Assembly: GCA_000708835.1 (NCBI GenBank)
Contig: DF237123.1
Location: 97,444-161,443, forward strand
Direction: 5' to 3'
DNA: 64,000 bases
Source: Klebsormidium nitens
Taxonomy: Eukaryota; Plantae; Klebsormidiophyceae
The position numbers and the translations under genes are program-made. Shown piece by piece: positions 12,153 to 22,678 of the stretch. The first letter of the stretch is position 1; each line of letters begins with the position of its first letter. The notes under the pieces were generated by a model. The model made no database searches. It had not been told where the DNA came from and worked only from the letters and a program-made list of their open reading frames with translations.

Positions 12153-14742
12153 TCACCACTTCTTGCCCCACTTCTTGTGCTTGCCCCACTTCTTGCCGCC
12201 AAACTTGAACATATACGCCTTCTTGCTCTTGTGCTTCTTGTGCTTCCCGTACTTCCCATGGCCGCCATAGCCGCCGTGCTTGCCGTGCTTCACAGTCTGG
12301 TAGCCGGGCACTGCGTAAGGCATCGGGTAGCCCCCAGCTGTAGATAACAACAGTTCTGTCAGAAACGTTCACTCTGGAACGGATTACGGTAGTTCTGGAT
12401 AGGTTGGAAGCGGGAGCCGTGCTTGCTGTACTTCGCCTGTTTTGATGAAAGCGGAAAACCGAATTGCGAGCAATCGGTGCCAACCTTCCCTGCTTTATGA
12501 TTTGGCCGGCCAGCGTAAGGCATCAGGCAGCCCCCAGCTGTAGAGCAAACAACAACAGACAATCAGAACAGTCCAATCCAGATCTAATTACGTGACCCTG
12601 GATAGACTGGACTTTGGTGCCATGCTTCCGTGCTCTAGGCATTGGGCATCGCCAAGCCCCCATTGGCAGCCAGCGCATCAATGTTCTGCGTTTACTGGAC
12701 GTCAGCTTTTATGACATCTGTAACAAATTGGGACGATATGATTGAAGTGTGTTCGTAGTCGGATTTCGATGCAATAGTAGACACTCTTCTTTTGCAGACA
12801 CACCAGCCCTTTCAATCAGCTCACAAACATCATAAGAACCAATCCAATCAGGGTATTTTGGTAGTTGAGCAGTAGGACAGAGCTCGTCCTCGAAGATGGT
12901 TAGGTTGCATCCGCAATGATCGCAAAAGCATAACAAGTCTGCAATTGCAAAGTTAGATGCGTAGTTGCAAGCACCATCCAGCTCTGCAAAAAGCCGTCAG
13001 CTTCTGAGGTCAGAAGAGCTCAGAATGGTCAAGGTCAGCAAAGTCCAAGGCAAAAGGAGCAGTAAAGCAGAACGGGAAGAGTCTTGGGACGAGGAAGGAT
13101 CGCGTCAGCTCAAACTCAGGAAAGCAGATTCATCAATAGCATTTCGTTTTAGTAGGCTTGGAGCACTATGGACGTGCGGCTTTCCTAATCTCCGTTAGCT
13201 TGCTCGGATTGCCCTGGAAGTAGCCTGACTCGCAATTCCAGACAAGGAGGAGGGCTCTAAGCAACCAATGCACTATCTGATGCTTTAAGGGACGCGCAGG
13301 AGTCTGCCCTGTTAAACTGGAAAGGGAATCAAAACACATACTAACTGAGCGAAAACAAGTAGGAGGGGCAGGTGGCAACAGGACGGAAATGTCAGCAAGG
13401 CCAAGGGGAATAGATTTCGGGAGTTGGCAACAACTCACGTGCCGGGGCTGGGTAGCCGGATGGTGGATACGCTCCGCCCTGCGGGGGGTATGCCTGAGGG
13501 GGATATCCGCCAGTGGGGGGATAACCAGGGGCTCCATAACCGGGGGCGCCATACCCAGGCTGAGGATACCCCCCAGGAGCAGGGTATCCCCCAGGAGCGG
13601 GATAACCGCCAGGGGCCGGGTATGCTGGGGCGCCGTAACCCTGAGGAGGTGGGTACGGATAGGCCTGAGGAGGGTAGCCGTACCCACCCCCATGACCCCT
13701 CTCTTCGATGCCCCCCCTCGACTCAATGCCTCCTTTGTCTTGAGTGCCTCCTTCCTCTCCTGTTGGGGGAGGTTGATCGGGGTACCCCGCCGGTGGCCCC
13801 TGGGGGGGGACTTGAGGAGGGTATCCTTCAGGGTACCCTTCTGGAGGACCACCCGGGTTACCCCCTACAAGATTGTGAAGAAAAACTAGGGTTGAGAAAC
13901 AAGTTGCCATTCTGTTGCTCTCATTCAAGAGAAATGAAACGAGTGAAAAGCTTTTCACTTGTGAAAGAGTGCAAGTCTTAAGAGTCCTGATCAGAGATAC
14001 CTGCATTGATCTGACATTAAAAGATGCTGTCCAGTACTGAGCTGGAAGACAGAATAAGTGGAACCTTTAGGTAGAAGTTGGCTTTCTCAGATGTTGGTTG
14101 ATATTGGAGCAATACGGCACCACTTGACTTGCCTGTGCTGAGTAGGAACATCTAACTGGAGGAATGTATGTTTTTTGGAACTTGTTTCATTCTGCACCTC
14201 CAAACCAAGAACAAAACATGAAGGACCATGAAGTCAGTTGAGCCCCCTGCTTTCCCCGCAGCTCCAAAAAACTACTCCTGCTGCATATTGCAGCTCCCCC
14301 AGTGCAGTGTAAGAAGGAGACACACCAGACAGCATGAAGGGAGTGCTCATTGATGCTGACATGTAAGAAGCTCTGCACTGCCAACATGTCCACATACATG
14401 CAGGGCAAAGTTCTCTGCTTATGTGAGTAGCAAGGAGGTCTGCAATTTTCAGATAGGACTATGAAGCAAGCAATGGAGACAGGATCAATTGCAAAAAACT
14501 GGCCATGAAAAGCTTGTCTTAACAATGAGGACGCAATTTGCAAACTACGACTTCTCTAAAGCCAATTGATTTCATGATCAACATAGAGGTGAAACGTGTA
14601 CAGCAAAATGAATCTGACAAAAACCGGACTGCTGGCAGGCAGACAGACTGCCAACAGGCAGACACGACAAATCAATGTGAATTGCCTCAAAACTCTGAGC
14701 ATCAGCAGCTTAGACCTCACCTGGAGGTGGATTACCCGCCAT
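12153..14742 (-). CDS. Glycine/proline-rich protein with GYPP repeats and a His/Lys-rich tail (glycine-rich protein A3-like). Exons 14742-14721, 13864-13439, 12337-12153
   Basis: MAGNPPP|GGNPGGPPEGYPEGYPPQ...YPAPGGYPAPGG...GYPAPA|PGGYPMPY...KHGKHGGYGGHGKYGKHKKH...KKWGKHKKWGKKW*. All junctions are GT/AG in phase 1. The GYPP plus KHGK...KKW architecture is typical of this plant family. Confidence 0.85.
12505..12550 (-). repeat. Intronic degenerate copy of the acceptor and start of the last exon of the Gly/Pro-rich gene
   Basis: ctctacag-ctgggggctgcctgatgccttacgc versus the real atctacag-ctgggggctacccgatgccttacgc. Confidence 0.8.
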
Positions 14743-15476
14743 GGCCTCTCGCAGGTGGCGTGTCCTTCCACTACCTTAGAAGTAGAATTTCCTACCCTAA
14801 CTACCTACAACCTGAGCAATCCAGCAACGCCTCCTTGGAATGGTCGGAAGCTCCCTTTGACTTTGACTTTGCCAAAAGATACACAAACATTGACAAGACT
14901 GTGACAGGGAGTGCTGGACGGAGTGCACGAAGGAGAACTAGAGCTGGACGAGTCAACGATTCCCCGAGCGTCTAAAGAGTACTAGGTGCTGAGTGCTTTT
15001 AATCTGACGGTCCGAAGTTTTTGTTTTATGTTTTGGACGGCCGAGAGTTGCACCATAGTGCAGCTACAGATGATGTCACGCATTGGCCGCGCACAGAGCT
15101 GAGGGAAACCCTAGAATCCAACCATGCTGCATGTCATTGTTGAGCGGCCTCTGTTGGGATTCAGGAAGGTGGTGTGGCGGAGGGTGGCGTGCTGCAGGCT
15201 TAGAAGCCAGGTGGTCTTTGCAGGTAGGAGCAAAGGTGTTGTTGCAAATGCCAAGGGTGAGAATTCTGTTCTGAGCCCCTGGCGCCGTCACTGATGAAGT
15301 CGCTAAGTCAGATCTTACCCCCCATGAGTCAATACGCAGTTGCAGACAACTAGCACGGAGGTAGTAGAAAACGTTGATCCTGTTCCTCTGGTGAAAAAGG
15401 GTCAAACTTTGCCCATAAGAGAGGAGAGTCCACGAGCATGGGCGAGGAGGAAAAATATCCATCGGATTGACGAAAG

Positions 15477-18400
15477 ATGCCTCCACCTTCTGGAAGCAGT
15501 ATACCGTCAGTAGCAATGAATGCTGACGCAGGCGGTTCAGTGGGGCACAACGCTCAGGCGCCAGAGGAAGCGCAGCGACCTCTGGACTTCGAGCGTTGGT
15601 CTCTTGATAGCGAAACAGCACAGTTTGAGGGAGGTAGCAAACACGACGGCAATTCCTGTAGGAGCAGCTTAGATATTGATGGGGTGGCAGTGGAGTCAGA
15701 GCGTCAAGGAAAAAGCCAAACAAAGCGTCCGTCTCAAAGCAGAAAGGAACAACAGCATCAAAAAGCGGTCCAGAAGAAGTACGGGCCGGTGGGATCATTG
15801 AGCAAGATCAAGCGTTTGCTGTCGTCCAGTGGGGGAGACTTTTCAGACGAAGAGGAACAACTAGGTGGGGAGAGAGATACGCTGCTTGCGCCGGCCCCAT
15901 CATCGTGTTATGTGGACGCTGACGATCAGAGTGAGGGGAAGGAGTCCGAGTACTGGAAGGAGGCCAAGCGACTATGGAACCTCGCCGTGCCCATCGCATT
16001 TATGCAGGTAAAATCGTTTTGCTTTTGCAGCTTCATGTTGTGCGAAAGCGCTCTCAGTTTCGTCAATAGAACATTTGCGCTTCTTGTTGGGATCTTCAAG
16101 TTCCACAAACTGCGTGCTGATTACGGTGGGGCTTTATATCGGGTGCAGCAGATGTAGTTGCTCCACCAGGCTTGTGTCCTTCAAAGATGAGTTGGCAGGT
16201 TCAAAGACATCCAAAAGGGTCTGCATGCACACTTAGTGGAGCCTCGAAATGGGGATGCTACTACGCAGCCTCTGATCTCCAGCCAACCCGCCAGGTTCTG
16301 CTTTCTCTGCGCACCTTTTATAAGTGTCCCGGGTAGTGGTTCAAACTCCTACACAGCTGATAATCCTATACTGACTTCTGGACTCAGTGGGGCACTCCTG
16401 AGACTTTGCAAATTGCAGAAGTAGCCCTTTGCCAGTGCAGAATACTGGCATAAAGCTTAAGGCGCCGCTTGCCTCCCTGTAGGTTCTCTGGTACGCGCGC
16501 ACGGTCGCCAGCCTCATCTTCGTAGGCCACCTCGGGGGGGTGCAGCTCGCTGGCATCGCGTTGGCCAGTACTTTTGCGAGCGTGTCCGGGTAAGCTTTTA
16601 TTTTAGTCATCAACATGTGCCCTCTCATGCGTTGCTTCCAGTATGTCCGTTGGCTCTTCGTAGAGCCTCAGCCCATACTGCTTTCCATATCCGCAGTTAA
16701 GGTTTGAACGGATTCTCTGCTCCAAATATCCAGACGGTGAAAAGCAGCGCCAATTCTTAGACGAAAGCTTGGCGGTGACCCCCTAAGAATCAGACACAAC
16801 GACGTCTTAGAGAGGAAACGATTGAATCACTCAGCACTTGTGGATTTTTTGGAACCTTCAATGTGAGGATCTGATTCTTCTGCTGAAGTACGTATATGAT
16901 CGGCCTCTTGAGCAGGGATGAAGTTCTGGGTTGTTACCTCGCTGATGGATCACTTTGACAACTTTTTGAACGGCGCCGTTCATATCCTTTTTAACCGGTT
17001 CTTTTCATTGTTTCTTATGTGCCATTCATTCGGATCTGGTCCTATTCATACTGTCCTTACTTGTTGTTTACGTTGCTTCTACCTTCTCAGGTATGCTATC
17101 ATGTTCGGCCTGGCTAGCGGAATGGACCCCCTCTGCTCCCAAGCGGTCGGCGCCAAAGAGTACGCCGCAGTTGGGTTGACGCTGCAACGAGGGTGGGCCG
17201 TTTTACTGTGCGTGTGCGTCCCGACGTTTGCCACGTGGTGGAACGTGGAGCCCTTCTTTCGGTTTGCCAGGCAGGACCCGGTTCTGACGGGGTTTGCCAG
17301 CGAGTACTTGAGAATCCTGACCCTGGACCTGCTGTTCATGGGACTGGCGCAGCCGCTGCGGGTGTTTTTGCGGTCACAGGTGCGTTCTCCGCCCACCGTT
17401 TCGAAAGTTCACCTTTGAACTGTTGGTGTCTCTGTGTTGCAAAATGGCCCCCCCTCGCCCAAGGGCTTGTAGGTGCGTTTTCGCTGTCGTGGTACGATTC
17501 TGATCATGTCTTGGATGCTTCTGTCGCTGAAGTTCTGCTCAATTGGCGCCTAGAAATAGCCTTGGGGAACGTTAGCAAAGAACGGTCCGGTCGCTGGTCC
17601 AGGGATTTGCGTGGATCAACTTAGATTTAAATCCGGTTTGTTGTTGCCACTATTGATGTTCTGCATCAATCTGTTCAGAGTTCCGGTCAGGAGTGAACTA
17701 ACCGCTCAACCTACAGCATGAATGTAAACTCCTGAACAAGGGTGCCATAACAACCAAGTAGCGCAACCTTTTACAATGCTCAAACTCCTCACTTCCGAGT
17801 CAGCGTATCTCCGAATCTGCAGGGAATCGCCAAGCCCATGGCCTGCTTCGTTGGGATCGCCTTCGCTGGCGAACGTCTTCTTGCTCCAAGTGTTCAGAAA
17901 CTGCTGAACCTCGACAGACCTCATCCAAAGCTGGGAAAGTCACAAACGTCAAGAAGGTTAAAGTTTCACACACTGCGCAGGGCATTACCAAGCCCATGGC
18001 TTGCTTCGCCGGCATCGCCTTCGCGGGCCACGTCTTCTTCCTCCACGTGTTCATAAACCTGCTGAACCTCGGCGCGCGCGGGGCCGCGATCGCGCAGTGC
18101 TGCACGTCGTTCAACTTCTTCATGATGCTACTGCTCTACGTGCGTTGCTACCCGGGGCCTCACCGCCAGTGCTGGGACGGGCGGTTCGACGCAAAGGCAC
18201 TGAATCCGGCGGGATGGAAGCCGCTTTTGAAGCAGGTAGGGGGCTGGATATTCTTCTTTAACAGGCGCTTAATGTTTTCTTTTGCGGTTATTTTGAAGTT
18301 ATCTAAGTTGGGAGATGCTTGAAAGCGGATTGTATACTGGTGGGGCTTCCTTTACGGATGTTGATTACGCTGCTGCTACCCGAGGCCTCACCGCCAGTGC

Positions 18401-21348
18401 TGGGACGGGCGGTTCGATGCGAAGCCGCTGAATCCGGCGGGATGGAAGCCGCTTCTGAAGCAGCTGAGGAAAAGCGAGCTTTGAAAGAAGCTCCGTGTTG
18501 TGCTTGGATGCTTGAGCTGTTCGGTTGCATCTGGAGTTCGACTGGTCAGGGATCACGTTGCTTGGAAGCCCACGGGCTTTGGGAGGTGCAGATCCTGCGA
18601 AGAGGCAAGAAGCTGCTTTCGCGAGCGAAAGGAGTCGAAGTCGTCGAATTGGACCTTTCGAGCTGTGAGACTGTTTGAAGCATCGACGTTTCTTCTTTGA
18701 AGGGATACCGTCGGAAGCGGCTGAATGTGCTGAAGTCATCTTGCAGCCGTCAGCGATCGTTTATGAGGGCCTGGCGCGAACGGTTGAGCGCACAGTATCG
18801 AATTTTTCCCGGTTCTGACTTTCTCCGGCGACCATGGTGCAGGCCATCCCGTCGCTCGTGTCGCTCTACCTGCAGCGCTGGTCCTACGAGTGCATGGTTT
18901 GCCACCAAGTACACAGGACCGAAATGTCAGCTGCCCGGTTTCGACCATTTCCGGCGACCATTTTGCAGGCTATCCCGTTATTCGTGTCGCTCTACCTGCA
19001 GCGCTGATTCTATGAGGTCAAGGCTTTCGACCAGGCTATACATCGACCCTTTAGCTGCCCGGTTCTGACTATTTTCGGCGACCATTTTGCAGGCCATCCC
19101 GTCGTTCGTGTCGCTCTACCTGCAGCGCTGGTTCTACGAGGGCATGGTCATCATGGCCGGTTGGCTGCCAGACCCGCACGTGCCAGTTGGTGCGATGGCG
19201 GTCGCTATGAACGTGTTTTCACTGGTCACCATGTTACCAATGGCGTTCAACATTGCGGGGGCGACACGTGTGGGGAACGAGCTTGGTGAGGAAATTGTCA
19301 CCAAACCTTAGTGAGTGGTCTTGATTATAGAGAAAGGAATGCTTCTCTCGAGGAAGTGAATTGCGGCTGCCATGAACGTGTTTTTACTGGTCACCATGTT
19401 TCCCATGGCGTTCGACAGCGCGGGGGCGACATGTGTTGGCAACGAGCTAGGTGAGACTAGGTGAGACCAGAGTTTACTATTAACGTTTCGAGTCTTCTGT
19501 TCTTTTTGTTCTTTTGTGAGATAACAACGCGTGTAATATTGGAAGGTCAGACTTGGGATTGGCTCGGCATGTTCATTGGGGCGAGACTGTCCGGCAACGA
19601 AGCTCAGTCAGAAGTGTTTTGGACCTCTCTTCTCCGTTGTTCTTTTCGCCAGGAGGAAGCTTGTGTGACTTCGTTCCTTTTCTTTTGTTCATTTTGGCAA
19701 GGAGGAAGTTTGTATAGCTTCGTTTCCTTCTTTGTTGCTTAAGCTTACCTCATCTTCATGTGTCCACACGCAAACAGGTGGTCAGACCGCTTATTTTACA
19801 AGGGTGCGTCGCCTTTCTCTAAGCCGTCTGCATTGGCATCTTGGCTTCGAAAGTCCCGGTTTCCACTTAGTGCTTCATCACCGTCGCCTCTTCTTTTCCA
19901 AAACCCAAACCCTAAGATCATTCTCCAAAAGGTGTACTGTCAGGCGCGAACGCCGCCCGGGGCTAGCCGCGTAGCATTACTTTACGCTGCCTGCGTTGGC
20001 ATCCTAGGGGTAGAGTAGCAGTCCCCATCTGACTCGATACCCTTTGCGGGCTCAAAATCTTCTCAAGTTGAGCCCGCCTTAACTGGTTCTTATTCTCCTT
20101 TTCCAGGCGCGAACGCTCCTCGGGGCGCACAAGTCGCGAGCCGCGTCGCGTTCCTCTACGCCGTTTGCATCGGCGTCATGTGGTGCGTCATCATCACGTC
20201 ATCCCGTGAGGTCATCCCCCGGGTTTTCACCACTGATGGCGACGTCCGGGCGCTGTGCTCCACGTTGCTGGTCGCCCTCGGCGTCTGCCAGCTGTTCAAC
20301 TGCCCCATGTCGGTGCTCGGGGGACTGCTCCGAGGGGTGGGCAAGCCGTCGACAGTAGTGGTGAGTAGCCGTCTTTGATCTGTACATAAGTCTCGTCTTA
20401 TGTTGACTTAGGTTTATGTTGAGTTAGATCAGTTCCCCGGGCTCAGACATAGTAAAAGTCTAAACCCAAAGTTAACATGCTCCGCACCTGTACCCACCCT
20501 AAACCTCCATACCAGCCCCACCCGTCCCCCAAGCTTGACATAACTCAACGTAGCCGTAAGTCAATATAAGATCGAGACTACTGATCTGTACTTGATCCAT
20601 AACCGAGCAAACATCAGATGATTTGATTGGAATTCACGGCTGCGCTCGAGAGGTTCTCACTGGTTGACAAAAGTCGTGGCAACGCGCAGTTCTTGGTAGG
20701 CTTCGTTTTCCATTTAGACAAAGCCGCGATGCATGTGGAGTTGTGCGGAGAACAGCCTCATGGTCTTACTTTGCCATCAAGGAGCACCTTGCGAAGGAGG
20801 AACGTGTAACCTATCTCCAAGGCCCTTTCGCATGTTGTGTTCGTTAACAGATATATGCAGCCTTCGTTCAAAGATCAGAGTTTGTGGTTAACCTGCCCAC
20901 TAACTCATCCGTTTTTGGCCGCTATACGTCTTTATTTGCGGGAGCTTCTTTATACGTGCAGGAGCTTACTCCCCTTCCTCTTTTCTGCCAGGTACTGAGC
21001 CTTAGTTCCTACTACGTCATCGGGTTGCCCACTTCGGTTACGCTCACCTTCTACAAGGGTTGGGGCGCCCTCGGCCTCTGGTGGGGCCTAACAATCGCTC
21101 AGAGCGTTATGGTAACCCTGATGGTTATCGTCGTAACCCGGTTATCGTGGCAGGAGTTGGCGGATAAAGCGCGGAGCCGGGCGAAAGAGGGGGGCCGGGA
21201 CGCGGAGAAAGTGCCTCGGAAAGGGGGGTGGAAAACTGGAAACGATAAAGCGGGGGCAGAGGTTGAGAAGTTGCTCCGAAACGGGGGGGCAGAGAAAGCT
21301 GATGTTGAGGCGGGGGTGAGTGGGGTCGGAAGCTCGAGGGAAAGATAG
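15477..21348 (+). CDS. MATE/DTX family transporter (copy 1). Exons 15477-16007, 16483-16589, 17091-17379, 17981-18235, 19093-19285, 20107-20360, 20992-21348
   Basis: Hallmark MATE motifs: EAKRLWNLAVPI, FVGHLGGVQLAGIALA, GLASGMDPLCSQAVGAKEY, LRVFLRSQ, QRWFYEGMVIMAGWL, GATRVGNELGAN, LGGLLRGVG, YYVIGLP, GALGLWWGL. All exon lengths are consistent with phase. Confidence 0.93.
17815..20015 (+). repeat. Cluster of intronic partial exon copies in MATE copy 1, at ~17818-17918, ~18365-18475, ~18805-18895, ~18930-19015, ~19362-19456, ~19565-19610 and ~19945-20010
   Basis: Each aligns by eye to the nearest exon edge. For example 'gcaggccatcccgtc..gtgtcgctctacctgcagcgctg' occurs three times at ~125 bp period, and 19362-19456 reproduces the exon end with its GTGAG donor. 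Confidence 0.9.
20386..20581. mobile_element. Non-autonomous MITE-like insertion (~196 bp) with ~45-bp imperfect terminal inverted repeats and a 10-bp target-site duplication (Mutator-like)
   Basis: The left arm agtctcgtcttatgttgacttaggtttatgttgagtta matches the reverse complement of the right arm, agtctcgatcttatattgacttacggctacgttgagtta. TGATCTGTAC flanks both sides (20376-20385 and 20582-20591). Confidence 0.7.
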
Positions 21349-22678
21349 CGACTGGCGAGACGCACGCGGTTACAAATAGGAACATTGAAGAGCTGGTCTC
21401 TGGAGCAGATGAGACCGCCACGAAAGCATAGGACGAGTTGATACCCATACAAGGCCGATTTATGGAGCATGATATAAGTTGGTTGGGAGAGGTGGGCAGT
21501 CGCAGCAGAGATTTGAGTAGGGATGGCACTACGTGAATTGCTCGCAATGATTCGAGATCAATTGATGGTCACACACAACGGGAACACACTGGCTGCACGC
21601 AAGAAATAATGATTCCTGGGACTCAAATAGGCCCGCATTTTGCCTGATTGCTTGCGCCTTGACAAAAATAGGCCCTGTACTTCAAACATTTTCAGAAGCT
21701 CGCGCAGGCACATGAGTTGGTACTTGACAATTGAGTTGTTGGCCTCAAGAGAAACCTGCTGAGCCAACCGTAGCACTCATTGTCATGTATTCATTGGAAG
21801 TGAATTTGAACGTATCATATGTATCCAAGTTCAATTTTAACAGGTCAAAGCTCCGAGACACGACTGCATTGGATAAGGCAAATTCGAAAGAGTGGACCAT
21901 GGTCAAGTTTTTTAAAGTCCTGTATATGTGACTGGTTCTCAAGTTCCGAAGCTAATGCCATGATCTGGCCAAGTCAGGTCATGTGCTTTTGGACGCGCTC
22001 AGTACCGTACGTCGCTTATAATTATGCAGCTTGCATGCTACAGGCCAGTCGACGAGCGCCTGTGCGATGCATACTAAGGCTCCTTAATTGAACTGAGTGC
22101 TGCCGGGCTTCAAAATAACTCATATATGATGTCCGGTCAAATGTTTACCAACTTTCTGGTGAATTGGCGGCCGTATAAGAATTCCACAATCACACATGCG
22201 GCACTGAGGCATGAAACTTAGTGGCATGCATGCAGCTCTATGCGGCGCTTACAAATATTCTGGCGGCAAATTCGACACTTCCATCATGATCCAGAAAGGT
22301 AACCTTGTCACACTAGCTTACAGACTGCGTCCAATCTTGTAGACCGGCAACTGTCCAATCAAATGATCCTATGAGAAGCTCTCAACCTAAGTACTGGCAC
22401 GCGTCAAACGTACATGTACACGTGACTCTAGGGCGGGCTGACATGGATAGCGGGTACACGCGCGGCGCAGATGCTTCCGGCCAAAACTATCCCTTCGATA
22501 CGAAACGAAGTGTAGTGCCCATCTGTACTAGCTTACTAATTTACTAGGCGGTTGCTTCATTGGGAAGGAATCTAGACTACGTGCCTGTATATGCACGCCC
22601 GACAATGATGCCACTCGTTTGTTTTCTACCAGCTTCCCCGTATGGTACAGGTGACAACCCACGGCCGCCAGCACACAC

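Noticed and set aside
13166-13981. Overlapping ORFs in alternative frames and on the opposite strand of the GYPP exon
   Set aside because: They are shadow frames of a GC-rich repetitive coding exon.
18805-19140. ~125-bp-period repeat as a possible array or mobile element
   Set aside because: It is explained by tandem copies of the MATE acceptor and exon start.
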